Shown one piece after another: positions 25,052 through 38,837 of a DNA stretch of 64,000 nucleotides; the first letter of the stretch is position 1; every line of letters begins with the position of its first letter. This DNA is from Neoconidiobolus thromboides FSU 785 (taxonomy: Eukaryota > Fungi > Entomophthoromycota). The notes under the pieces were generated by a model. It saw only the letters and a list, made by a program, of their open reading frames with translations. It made no database searches and was not told where the DNA came from. The stretch lies in the NCBI GenBank assembly GCA_025603075.1, contig MU626273.1:62001-126000 (forward strand), given 5' to 3'. The position numbers and the translations under genes were made by a program.

Positions 25052-25424
25052 ATTGTGAAATATCGCTTTGTCAGTCCCATGGTTAATTATAGCATAACAA
25101 TCGGCTAAGCTGTTGTGTTCTTGAGTTCAGAGAAAATCAATCCCACGTTCTTAGTTTGATTTGCTATAAGAATTTCTAGCTCCATCCCAAAGAATATTAT
25201 CTTCTCATTTTGATATTTATACTTTCCAGAGTATAAAAGAGTTTACAGAGTATAGTAGTCCGAGGCTTTTTAACTGAGTTATTCTTTGATATCTCGAACA
25301 TTTAATAAAGCCACTAGGTTTTCTTAATAGTATTTTACGTAGATTTTACATTAGTATTGTCTATTCTATTTGTCTTATATAGCTTGTAACCTATTACGTG
25401 CTATTCTTCATAATCCAAGTCTAT

Positions 25425-25519
25425 CTTAGTCACATAAACTAAGACCTTTCGACTTATAGTGTAGTCAACCCACCAATAGCTGTTCTTGACTCCAAACACT
25501 GAGTACCAGATTTCACACC
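25425..25519 (+). repeat. Element family 2, copy lacking its left TIR
   Basis: Direct repeat of 25892..25975. Its right 34 nt match the reverse complement of 25841..25874 at 30/34 positions. Confidence 0.8.
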
Positions 25520-25839
25520 ATATACTTATTACTAAATAAATAAATAAATTAAAAAAATTAAAACTTTTTACTTAAAAAGCTTTATTAATTTATCTATATA
25601 ATAATTATTTTAATACTATAGTCAGATTGTTACTATATTATCAGATTAATAAATAACTATATAGAAAAGAATAGTTAGCTTTAAAATTATAATTAACCAT
25701 CTTTATATAATATAAGCAGTGTTATAGTAATAATTTCTATTTATCATTATAATCATTTGCTTTTTAACTATTTATTAACTTAGCTACTAATAACTCAAAT
25801 AATATTAATGTTTAATAAATTATTTTTATAAGATTAGCT

Positions 25840-25975
25840 GGGTATGAAATTTGGTACTCAGCATTTGGAGTCAAAAGGTCTTAGTTTATGTAACTAAGGC
25901 CTTTCGACTTACAGTATAGTCAACTAGGCAATAGCTGCTATTGACTCCAATTACTGAGTACTATATTTCAAAACT
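25840..25975. mobile_element. Element family 2: 136-bp element with 35-bp TIRs and three internal hairpins
   Basis: 25840..25874 versus reverse complement of 25941..25975 match at 28/35. Internal stems AAGGTCTTAGT/ACTAAGGCCTT, GACT/AGTC and AATAGC/GCTATT. No matching TSD. Confidence 0.65.
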
Positions 25976-26311
25976 ACATTAGAGTTTAAAAACTATAGTT
26001 TATACTAAATTTAATGCAATAGATATTATATATAATAAAAATACTAAAATGACAAATACAAATCCTGATGTTGATGTAAGACACGTTAAGTTTGTATAGG
26101 AATGTACGGGTGTAATTTGGAAGATGTTAGAAAATAAATCAGCTACTATTATAAAAATGAATAAACAAAAGGATCTAGGTTTAATTTTTTGATTGCTCTT
26201 AAAGCCAAAACAATTAACAACGCAATTATGCAAGAGATAATATATGCCACTAGAAAAATGATTTACAGTTTCACTTTGGTAACCATATATAAATATATCT
26301 AAAGCAGACAT
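25976..26311 (-). pseudogene. Truncated, frameshifted paralog of the GPCR at 21336..22229
   Basis: VNHFSSG vs VNHFSNG; DLFSNIFQI vs DLLFSIFQI; ISIALNLV vs VSVALNLV. TTA>TAA nonsense change at 26000..26002, after which homology continues (TIVFKL*C vs TIIFKIYC) to 25976. Confidence 0.85.
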
Positions 26312-28135
26312 TTTATGAGGAATTTAAATTTATAATAAATAAAAGTAACCAAATATCAGTAATTAAATATTTATTTTTTAGCCGACTTAAGTTATACTGT
26401 TTTCAACAGTAACGCAACTTGAACTTAGTCCTTTATTTACAAAGCTCATTAATTTAATGTTAGTTTGGGTACCAACACCTGTAGTAGCATAATAAAGCTA
26501 TTTAAGAAAATTTTAACCTGTACCATATACTTTGATAATTTATTTTACAAAATCGTATAGTTGAATATTTTTATACAGTCATTATAATATGTACCTAGCT
26601 TAGCTTGTGTATAGGGGACGATTTTTTAATTTAAAACGCAAGTATAAATTATTTGGAAACTCACGAATATTATAATGATAGCACAATATTATTATAACAG
26701 TAAAACATTATAGCAGTAACTTTCAAAAACAGTTTAAAAAAGTTTTTATGAGGGCTTATAAAATGTGAATTTGTAACTACATAATTTAAAAACAATTTTG
26801 TTATATCTAAAATCATTAAAAGGTAAAGTATCCTATTTCCGCTGCCTCTTTTATCAATTCTCTTTTAGCTTTTATTTATGTTTTATTATAAAACTATGAA
26901 ATACTTCAAAAAAATCAAAATTCAATCAATAGAGCTGATAAGGGACATAGATTAATATTAAACATTACACTCTGTGTGGACGACTTGTAAAATTTGCTTT
27001 TTGGCTTTATTTGTAACAAATTAAATAGCATCAAATAAATTCATTAGTTCTTACAATATAATAACTTTTATGTGATAAGTCATATACCAAACTATTTTAA
27101 AATTAAATACTCACGAATTAAAATATCAATAACTAACATCATTAATGATGCAAAGAATTTTGGACTACCTGAGAGGTAATAAAAATTTATGTTTTATGAT
27201 TAGAAGGAATATAAGAATGAAAGGAAATTATTTGCTTAATTTTTGGAATTAAACCATTGATATGATTAATATATAGAATAGTTCTATATACTATTGCTTA
27301 AACAAATTAAACAATCAAAATTACAAATGATTATTAAAGTTAGTAAGGGTATCAAGAAACAAATCAGCGTTAGCTTATTATATTAACTAAATTTAAAGCA
27401 AATTCAAGATGAATAAAGAGCTATTAGAATACAATTTTATCTAATAAGTTGTAGTTAAGACATTTACCTTACTTTTAAAGGCTTTTTGATTATAGTTTTC
27501 AAATTATAGAAGTTTAAATATTTAAACTGATGAGTACATTAAAATTAACGATTGAGTTACTATATTTTTGTTATCTATTATAACAGACTTAATTAAAAAA
27601 TAGATCAGTCTATAATATAAGACTGCATTTATTGGACTAAATAAAACTAAATCCATTAATTATTAACTTTTGATAACAGTAATAAATGCTTTAGCTTAAA
27701 ATATCAAAGACTCAAAGGCATTCAAGTGCTTTATTTATAAAGGTCATAAAAAGATAAATATCAATTTCTTTAACTTTATTGATCTAATATATAGATGTTT
27801 ATTCCCTTGACTATTCTTATCTTTTTAAACTTTGATATTTAATTTATTTGACAGCTTATTAACTCAATAAAAATATACTCATCTTACTATATGGTAGGCT
27901 ATGAAGCTCAATTTATAAAATCATAACTCATTGTGAATAACATCGTTTGAGTCATTATAGATTTACTGCGTACAACTATATCATATCATTCATCTTATAA
28001 GACTCTTTTTATCCCTGCAACAACTTTTTTTACACTTTGACTCATTTTATAAATTCTTGAACTTCGCAATTTAATTGGTTCAATTCAACTATAAAAACAA
28101 TAACTAACCAAAGTTAGCTTACACTGATTGATCAA

Positions 28136-29969
28136 ATGGATTCATTTAAACAAGAGATTGCAAAGCAAGTGTCAGAATTTAGTGGGGTTCCTGTAGAAAC
28201 CTTATTAACTATATTCGAAGCCCCAAAGAACCCAGAACATGGTGATGTTGCGTTGGCCATCCCTAGACTTAGACTTAAAGGCAACCCAGCTCAATTTGCT
28301 AAAGAATATGCTGAAAAGGTAATGATTATAATATTGTACCATATTTGTTAATAGTTAGATTCAATCAAATGATTACATTAAATCTGCGTCAGCCGCTGGT
28401 ATATTTTTAAATATTAAGATCAACCGTGACCTGTTAAGAGATTTATTATTGAAAGAAGTGGTAAAAAGTGGCGAAAAATATGGTGTAAACACTAGTGGTA
28501 ATGGTAAAAAGATTTTGGTCGAATTCTCTAGTCCAAATATTGCTAAACCTTTCCATGCTGGTCATTTACGCTCAACAATTATTGGTAATTTTATTGCTAA
28601 GGCCCATACCGCCAATGGATATGAAACAACTACAATGAACTACTTAGGAGACTGGGGTAAACAGTATGGTAAGCCATATTAGGTTACATTGTTAATAACT
28701 TAACATTTATTCCTTTATAGGTTTATTAGCCCTTGGGTTTGGTTTATATGGCTCTGAAGAAAAGTTAGAAGCTGATCCTATTGGCCACCTTTTTGAAGTT
28801 TATGTTAAAATTAATGTAATTTTTATTAGTCAAATGATAATAAACAAGAATGACATTGTTTTTATTAGGCAGATGCTGAAAATGATGACACAATCCATGA
28901 CCAAGCACGTGCTTATTTTAAAAAGATAGAAGATGGGGATGAAGAGGTACTCAAATTATGGTCTAGATTCCGTAACTTGAGTATCGAAAAATATAAGCAA
29001 ACATACGCTCGATTAAATATCAACTTTGATGTTTATTCTGGGGAATCTCAAGTTAATGAATATATGCAAAGAGCCAACAAATTGCTTGAAGAGAAAGGCT
29101 TATTAGTTGAATCTAAAGGTGCCCAAATCATTGATTTAGAGAAATTTAAACTTGGTAAAGTAGTAGTAAGGAAATCAGATGGTACTACTCTATATATTAC
29201 TCGTGATATCGGAGCAGCTATTCAGCGTTATGAGACTTATAACTTTGATGAGATGTATTATATCGTCGCCTCTCAGCAAGATCTTCACTTTAAGCAATTA
29301 TTTAAGATCCTAGAATTGCTCGAATTGGATTGGGTCAAAAAGTGCCACCATATTAACTATGGTTTAGTTACTGGTATGTCAACACGTAAAGGTAATGTCG
29401 TATTCTTAGACGATATTTTACAAGAAGCCAAAGATACCATGCATGGCGTAATGAAAAAGAATGAACATAAATACGCTCAAATCGAAAGCCCAGAAGAGGT
29501 AGCGGATATTATTGGTATCTCTGCCGTAGTCGTACAAGATCTTTCAGCCCGTAGAATTAGAAATTATGAATTTAATATGAGCCAGATGGTATCTTTTGAA
29601 GGTGATACCGGACCTTACTTACAATATGCTCATTCCCGTTTGTCCTCTGTAATCCGTAAAGCAAACCGTGAAATTAATTTAGACCATCCATTAGATACCT
29701 TAAAAGAAGAGTGTGCCAGTGAATTAGTGGACATGATTTCACAATACCCAGATATTGTTAAAGGCACAGTTGCTGGATTTGAGCCTTGTTCCGTAGTTCA
29801 TTATGCATTTGGCTTATCTAGAAGTATCTCTACTTGTTTAGAACAACTTTGGGTAATGAATCAACCTGAAGAGTTAGCTAACCCACGTTTAGTCTTGTTT
29901 AACGCAGCTAAGATAACTTTAGGCAATGCTATGAGATTACTTGGTTTAACTCCATTAGATCGTATGTAA
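28136..29969 (+). CDS. argS: Arginyl-tRNA synthetase, 3 introns
   Basis: [32 protein letters not shown] (HIGH), GMSTRKG (KMSKS equivalent) and [14 protein letters not shown]. Confidence 0.96.
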
Positions 29970-30186
29970 ACAAAAATAAAAGAAATAAACTGATTATCAC
30001 TGTTATGTGCTTTTCTTAGAATAATCCTAAGCTATTATTTAACAAATAGTACAAACAACGACTTTATAAAAATTGAAATATTATAAAGTACAAGAAAATA
30101 AAAGGCTACTAAATCGTGTTTAAAATGCCATAAAATTAAATGTATAATAAAATAACTTATTTTATTAATTCTATATAATAAATAAC

Positions 30187-33100
30187 TTAATTTGACTTCG
30201 TATGGTTAGTAAAGGTAGGAAATCTATTATTTGAACTTCTATTCCAGCATTTACCTTTTGAAACATTATAGATAAGCTGACCAAGCTCAGATGTATGTTT
30301 AATATATGTAGTTGTAGTATTTAAACTACCATTGCTATCCTTGGATTCGCTACTATTGAATCCATAATTCAAACTAGAATGTGATGCTGATTTTGTAATT
30401 TTATTTGGATATGAGTTTGATTTAGTTGTATGAAATTTCATATTATTAGTTGATTTCGATTTATTATTTGAATAGATTTCCTCAATTTCCTCAATATCTG
30501 AACAATTTTGTGCCTTTAGGTATTTGTTATCACTTTCATTAAAAGAAATAGGATTAGTTAATTTAGACAAATTAACATCTTTCAAACTATCAACTTCAGT
30601 TGTATCATAGATAGTATCATCGTATAACAACAGAGCATCTGATACGTCTTTAGAAGCAAACGAATAATTATTAGTATTCTCAGCCAGATCCTCAAAGGTA
30701 AGGCATTTTCCTGGGGGGATAGGTATCGGGTTTGATGGTGTAACGCAATCTAAATCTACTTCTTTTCTAAGTACATGATCGATATCCACACCTGAAAAAA
30801 ATGCCACCGATTGAGGAAGGTCATTGATTCCCAACCTATATGCAAACATGGCTCGTGTCCAAAGGTTGGATATTTGTAATGCTAAAGCAGCACGATAAGC
30901 GTCCTTTTCATCTACTAGATAGCGAATTTCGTCGTGTACGGATATCATAAATCGTGCATTAATGGAATATTTCTTTATCAAGTACTTCATAGAGACCAAC
31001 AGCAGATGCAAATAATCTACTCCTGATGATTGTACAACCCAATTAACCCTCGATGTCATATATCCATCGCCCACGCTTTTAGGTAAAAGCGCATTGGGTA
31101 TACCGCAATTTAAAATAGGCGTACGTGGGTCTGTACTGGTAGCTATCTCCTCTAATCTATTGAACATATAGCTTTCACTCCCACCATACCAAAACTGTTT
31201 TGAATTGAATTTACGTGTCCTTTCTTTACCCCCTTTGGTAGCCTCATAAAGCTGAGTAGCTCTCTCCTTGGCTGTTTGTCGATCCATACTTGGGTTAAAC
31301 TGCATTAAGAGTTGTATTGCAAAGTTAACCCCAGCACCGTAAATTCTTCCATAATTAAACACTTTAGCTTCACCACGCCCAATCCCTAAAATAGACGCCG
31401 TTTTGGAATGCATATCTGTACCATCCGATTTTGACCCCTGTAGGGTCATCCATCCGAAAGCAGTGGCTCCATGATTACGAAACTGGGCATCTCCAATCAA
31501 ACTTGAGATCCATAGTTCTTCAGAATCAACATCTGCGCCAATTAAGCAATACCCTTTTGGTGCCTGAATCATGCTTTTTAACTCTGAACCAATCCTATTC
31601 TTTTTAGCATTACTAGCTGTCATCCATGTTGCTTCAACTGCCCTGCGTGTTACTGTACCCATAGTAGTCATCTGTGGGAGTATGATTCCATCTTTTGTGC
31701 CTTCCCCTCTCTTTTTGATATTCAAATTAACTTCTCCTTCCTGCCAAACAACAAATTGGTTATTCACCCTCTCCCTTGAAGATATCCAATAAGCACATTG
31801 TGTATTCATTGTCAATGCTTCCTTTGCTAATGGGTATTCAGAAGACAATATCCCCTTTTCGAGTGCTGATGTATAGCTTTTAGATAATGGATTTCCACAT
31901 CGATTATCGTCGCCATCTTTGTGTGGAATCTTATAAAATTTTGCTTTATTTTCTATCTCTTTAGGGAAAGGCTCATAATCGGGATCATTTATATCATCTG
32001 GGAAGAAGAGAGGCATAGCCTTATTATCATCTTCTTCCTTTTTTGCATAATATGTCCATCCATGTGTTTTTGAATAATAAATAGGATGACCAGACCATTT
32101 AAGTCTTAGTAAGTAAGGCGCCAGTCTACCCCTTATTGTAATCTTTAATTTCTTTTCTTTGTTATCATAACATGCTTTATACCACTCTGGTTTTCCTGGT
32201 AAAATTTGATTAGCGTACGGCCTCGGCTCCCCATTTTTAGCATAGGTACCATCTTTTCGATACTTTGGCTTGGTCATTTTCAATGATTGTGTAGTCCAAT
32301 CCAATCTACCGAGCCATGGATCATTTGTAGGGTCTTCATGTGAAAGCGCTTGCTCAGCAAGGTCAACTAATCGATCTTCAACTTCAGTCGATAATTTTTG
32401 ATATAGTTGTTCACAATCATATAAATATTTAAGCCATCTCTCATTGCATGGTAAAAAAGTTTTTCCCATAATCAAAATACCCGCAAATGAAACTGGATGA
32501 GGACATTTTTTTAAATACTTTGGTAAAACCTCTTTAAACACTTCAAATGTGGCTGCTACATCACTAGAACAGTAATCCATCAAATCCATAAAGTTAGTTT
32601 TAACATCGCTATAATCGCCTTTAACAAAGATGTCTCTTTCATCTTTATTGATTTTGATTTTACAATACAGTTGTGCAACTGCTTGTAAACTATTTATGCT
32701 GCTAACGTTGTAAAACTTACTAGTTAGATTTTCTTTATCTAAGATCTCCTCATCTTCGTTCGCTATTGCCTTGTCATACTTAATCCATTTCTGTCTTTGA
32801 TTACTACTTAATCCACCAACCGCTACATGTAAACTCATTGTATCAATAAACGCAATATTTGATTCAACAAGGTTATACTCTGGCCTTAATCTTGCCCTAT
32901 CATAAGATGCATTGTGAGCAACAATAACCTGTTTTTCTTCATTATTCCAAGGTATCAAATGGTTTTCAATAACTGGCTCGCTATCTGTACCATCAATAAA
33001 GTTCGCTAGACTAGGCGACGTCCATGAATACCATGCTTTTTTTGTAACTGCACATGCCATCACTGGATATGGGCTTATCTTTGGTAAAACTTCAACATCA

Positions 33101-33654
33101 AATACGGCTATTGGCTCGGTTGGATATTTCACTTTATAAAAAGTTCCATCCACATTATAGCGTGTCCAACCACCAACTGCCGACCACGTTTGTGGTTTTT
33201 CTGGTAAATTATCCGTTGCAAACTGTTTAGTTATAGAAAGATAAGGTTCCGCTATATTTTTTCCAATGTTATAAAAATGCTCTCCTATATTTTTACCATT
33301 TAATTTTGGTACATCAAAATCAATTGGACTTTTTATATCTTCTTTTCTTTTATCATAAATATTGTGTTTTGTTAAGTGGTCTTTAGATAACTCGTCAAAA
33401 AACCCATTCTGCGAAACTTGTTTTGTTTCACCAAACACTTTTCCTCTTAAGCTAGGCGATAGTAATTGTATCCCTGCGTGATTCATCGGAACTAGAGATT
33501 AAGTTAAGCAAATTCAATAAATATCCTTAATCTAACATACCTTGTTGGCCAACCTCGCTCGCTTCACTCGAACGACTAGAGTTTATCGAGAAATGCTTTT
33601 GATTCCTGTTAATAAAATGTAACTTGGGTACTTTGTTTAAGCTCTAATAATCAT
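30187..33654 (-). CDS. MIP1: Mitochondrial DNA polymerase gamma
   Basis: VFDVE, VAHNASYDRAR and FIDTMSLH exonuclease motifs; GADVDSEELW, AKVFNYGRIYGAG and SVHDEIRY polymerase motifs. Intron 33492..33540 links an upstream presequence exon whose ATG (33654) is one base out of frame. Confidence 0.95.
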
Positions 33655-34155
33655 ATTTAAATTTATTTAAGTTAAAATTTTAAATTCCTTACTTTAAACA
33701 CAAAGGCCCTTTTGATTCCATTAGTTGGGTTGTAAATCTTGGCTACAACCATCCTCCATGTATTAAAGTAATACTATAATTTAGATCTTGGTCTTGAGCT
33801 TAAATTTACTAAAAGTTTGTTTTGCTTAATTATGCTTTTTGGGTTAATCCAGTTTTTTTGAAAATTTGGAATTTTAAGCAATCTTTATCAGATAAAATAT
33901 GGTTTTAAGAGTATAATAAGCGACAAAAAATATGAGATGATGTAGGATAAGATTTTTAGTAAAATTTTCAATGGGTTTTTAGCCTCCCTGAAAGGAATTT
34001 CTATTTAATAAAAGTATATTGTCTTAAGCCTAAAGGTCCCATAAATTTACTGATGATTTGTAATCTTCCCAAAAATGACGTATCATTTCAGCCTCAGCCA
34101 TGCTATAAAATCGAAAAATCACAAATTTAAAGATTATTTTTATAACATTCAAACT

Positions 34156-35315
34156 ATGGCAGCCCTTTTAAAGACATATCTCAAATCAAGCTCTAAATTA
34201 TCCACTAGCTTCACTAAGGTAATACACATTTTTATCGTATGTTACAATTATTTAACTTTGTAGTCCCAACTTATTCCTAAAGCTTGGAACTCAACAAGCA
34301 GTGGTGGCCAATCTGGTGGTAATAACAAGCTTTTATTAGCTGCCATTCCCATCATAGGAGGAGCAGGTAAAATATAAACTCATATATATAATAAACTTGA
34401 TTAACTATTTACAGGTTATTACTACTATCAACAGCAAAACTCAGTAAAGTTATCCACCTCATCCACTTCTTTATCAGCTGACGAACGTAGCAAAAGCTCA
34501 CCATTAAATCCAGCTGAATTTACTTCATTTAAAATCAAGGAAGTTCAAAACCTTACCCATGACACCCGCTTAATCCGTTTAGAAATTCCAAATAATGGTT
34601 CATTAAACTTACCAGTAGCATCATGTGTTGTTACTCGTAAACCAGCCAAAGAAGGTGAAAAACCAGTCATTCGTCCTTATACTCCTACCTCTGATGATAG
34701 CGCCGTTGGCCACTTTGATTTCATTATCAAGAAGTATGATAGTAAGTTTTCATAGCGATAAATTAAGAAAAGTTATTTATTCTCTTAGCTGGTGCTTTCA
34801 CCCCATACCTTTTCACCTTGAAAGAGGGTGATTCTTTAGACGTTAAAGGCCCATTTCCAAAGTATCTATACAAAGCTAACACTCTTAATGAAATCGGTAT
34901 GATTGCTGGTGGTACTGGTATTACACCTATGTTACAAGTAGTGCGTAAGATCTTATTGGACCCTAAAGACAAGACAAAGGTCAGTTTAATCTTTGCGAAT
35001 AAGAGTGAAAATGATATTATTTTGAAGAAAGAAATTGACAGTTTAGTAAAAAGTCATCCTGATCAAATCAAGGTACATTATGTATTAGATAAAAAACCTA
35101 GAGGCTTTGAGGGCACTGAGGGCTATGTTACTAAGGATCTTATTAAGAAATATCTACCCAGCAATGAAGATAAAGACTCTGTTATATTTGTGTGTGGACC
35201 ACCAGGCTTAATGAATACCGTTTCTGGGGCTAAGGCATCCCCACAAGCTCAAGGAGAACTCAAGGGCTATCTTAAGGAGCTTGGATACACTGCAGAACAA
35301 GTTTACAAATTTTAA
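34156..35315 (+). CDS. MCR1: Mitochondrial NADH-cytochrome b5 reductase, multi-exon
   Basis: Presequence plus GAGYYYY anchor; LTHDTRL, LPVASC, IRPYTP, VKGPFPK, MIAGGTGITPMLQ and FVCGPPG motifs. Confidence 0.9.
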
Positions 35316-36196
35316 TAAAATTTTGAAGGTTTAAAACGCTAGTAATTTAATAATTGTTTTATTAATGAAATCGCTTATAATACACATTATAAACTACTTT
35401 AAATTATTTTTATTTTCTTGAAATAAGCAACATTACTTGCAAACCATATAATCAAGTGTAGTTAAGTTTATTTTAGAAAAATTAAGTTAATAACATTTTT
35501 AAACGCAAGCTTTAAACTATAGTGAAAAAAAGCATATAAATATATAAAGCAACTTTTATTACTATTTGAAATTTGGTTTAATTAAATAACAAGTCATTTG
35601 ATATACTATTATTGTTTTCAAAGCAGCAATTTACTTAAACATAATAAAACTAAAATGATAAAAACTATTTATTAATACACGTTCCATCAAGAATATATTT
35701 ATGTAAAAACAATCATACTTACCAACCAATATAATTAATATTTGATTTGTGACTAGTATGGCCAATTTGATACTTTAACAACTTAACAATCATTTGCTTA
35801 AAAGAGTTATTACCATCATAGCTTATTTTGAATGCAAATTAGTAGGACAGGTTCCTTCGTGATCACAATCATTAACAAGCACTCTAATAATGATGCAAAT
35901 TAACTTAACAAGTAGATCAGGTAGGTTAAGTTTTTTATTATTATTTATAGTGAGTATTAGTCGAGTTAGGCATTATAAACCAAGCTAAAGGTTGATTCAC
36001 CCAGAGTTTCCGTTATAAAAAGGATCGAATAGGGGTAGAATAGTAGTTACAAATATAGATCAAAATAAAACTTATAAAAAAATCATTAATGATAACATCA
36101 GTCAAAGGCACCTTTAGTTGAAACTTTTTTCCTGTAAAAAAGGTGCTTATAAATAGCAGTAGAACAAGCTACTTAAAATCGTTAAATCAATTACAT

Positions 36197-38837
36197 CTAT
36201 CTAGTTCTATACTTCTTTAAATCACTCTTATTAAACGGACTTGAGCTCATTTCTATGATCGGTGAGTGACCCGAACTATTAAATTGATTTAGCCAATTAT
36301 TGATCACTTGCTTGAATTTTTCAAATGTCACTGGCTTTGAAATATGGTCATTCATTCCAATATCTTTAAAATGAATTTGATCACTAATAAGAGCATTAGC
36401 TGATATACTAATAAGAATTTGATTATTATCATTCTCCCTTATACTATTACATATCTCATCTCCATTAAGCCCTGGTAATGATTGATCTAATAATATAATA
36501 TCATAATATTTTGACCCTTTCTCGTAATACAACTCAAGTGCTTCCTTTCCATCCGGTATAACTTTATATTCAATCCCTCCTATCTTATCTAAGAATTTAC
36601 ATATGATGCTCTGATTGATTGGATTATCTTCGACTATCATTATACGATGTTTGGTAATAGAAGTATCAGGTGATCCAGAATGCCTTTTACCGTTATTAAG
36701 TGTTTGACGTTTATTCATACGTGACCTTATTGATTGCATACGATTACCGCCAGCTTTATTTATATTTTCACCGTTATTATAGTTATTGTCATTATTGTTC
36801 ATATTGTCTTTTGGTGATCTATTTGCTGTTGGAGAAGGAGAAAATACCATGGTTGTATACTCATTTTCTTGTGTCACAGGTTTATCAACGGTAACAGGCA
36901 ATTTAAACCATACTATTGTCCCTTTGTTTAATATCGAATCTAATCCTATTTCTCCGTTCATCAGTTGGACTAATGATTTACATATTGATAGCCCTAGCCC
37001 ACTCCCTCCATAATACTTTCTCTTTGATAAATCTGCTTGAGTCCATGGTGTGAATAGTGTAGGTATACTTTCTTGTGATATTCCTATTCCAGTATCAGCT
37101 ACTTTAACCTGGAGCATAGCTTGGTCTAGTTTACTATATATGGGTGCTAATGTCACATCAAGTGTTACTGATCCTTCAGAAGTAAATTTTATAGCATTAC
37201 TTGTAAGGTTTGTTAACACTTGTAACAACCGGGAAGAATCGGCATTTATTGTACCATCATAATTAGGTAATCTAATGTTGAAATTAAGACCTTTTTTACA
37301 TGCTTCTAATTTCAACATTTGCCCCATATGTTTGAACACTTTAGAAATACCAAAGTTTGATCGTTGGATTTCTAATTTACCTGATTCTATCCTAGAGAAA
37401 TCCAATACATCTTGGATCACTGTCATCAATAACCTTCCAGAAAATTCAATACTATCTACTAGGTCTCTTTGCTCCACATTTAAATCTGTGTCTTTAAGTA
37501 AACATGCATTTCCAACCACTCCAAATAGCTAGAATAAATAAATAAGAAATCAACTTTAATAGAATGATTAAATTACTGGAGTTCTAATTTCATGCGACAT
37601 TGTTGCTAAGAAATCCGATTTTAACTTTGATGCTTCTATGGCTGCTTTTTCTGATACCTTCAACTTTATTACTTCCTCTTTCATTCTTTTATACTCGTTT
37701 GTTTCTAATGCTATATGTGCCCATTTGAAAGAAGATGAATCTCGCCAATTTGAAATCGGAATCGATTGTAGGGAATACCAACGATATTCATTATCCTTGT
37801 CTAATGGAAGAGGTTTTGTTGGATTATAACACAACCTTATTTCCAAATTAAATGGTGCATTACTCTTTGATATAAATTTAGTATTAAATATATATATTCA
37901 TGCTACAAATACTTACCTTACAGCTATTTGACCATCCGGCTATTAGCAATTCATAATCCTCAGGATGAATAGTTTTCTAAGAGATTTAATAAAATAAATT
38001 ATGACCTTTATTAGCTTACTGTATAATCATCCGTAACTGAATCTACACCTAATGTTTCTTTAAATTTTCTATTCATAAATCTAAAATATTTAGTTAAATT
38101 TATTTTTAAATAATAATGTTTTACTCTAAATGTCCTTGTAGATTAGTGTACCAAACTAAGCAAGGGAGAAAATCAAAAACTTGGGAAACTCCATTAAACA
38201 ATGCAAGAGTTGGATCGCTTGTATTTCCATCAGATACTTCCAAATCATTGTCTTGGTGTCCATTATTATACAAATTCTGTGAAGAAAATGTCATGCTTCC
38301 CCTGCTTAAATTATATAATGGTTTATCTTTAGTAGCAATACTTGGAAGAGCATTAATATTTAAAGAAAGGCTGCTATTAGCTTCTTGATTTGGGTTGGGT
38401 ATTACTGCCCCGCTCTTAATAGTAATGATATACAATTGCTCACTGTTCACTTTTTCAAATGGTTTAATAACAACTGGGTATAATTTTTCATCAAAAATGC
38501 CTTTAAATAGCTTTAATTTATTTATGTCTTCGATGTTGATTGACTCACTCTTTCCATTTTTATTTATATCTTTTGGATAAAAATTGTCTTGAACTAGTTG
38601 CGAAATCGGAGTTTTTAATAGTTTCACTTTATTTTCAAACTCAACACACTTCAAAAAGTTGGAATTACAATCATAGATACTATTATTGGAGCAGATCAGA
38701 GTTGGCTCAAACGCCAAATCACATATCACTTTTATAACCTGTTTAAGTGAAAACTCTTTTTTATCTATACTACTTACAGCATTCAAAATTGACGCTTCAT
38801 CACCATTATTTTGTCTCTTTCCAGAAGTCGAAGCCAT
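36197..38837 (-). CDS. Hybrid two-component histidine kinase (PAS-like, HisKA, HATPase, receiver), multi-exon
   Basis: H-box KSDFLATMSHEIRTP, LDFSRIESGKL, N-box QVLTNLTSNAIKFT, G-boxes DTGIGI and GGSGLGLSIC, receiver IVEDNPINQ...LLDQSLPGLNG...KPV. Confidence 0.92.
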
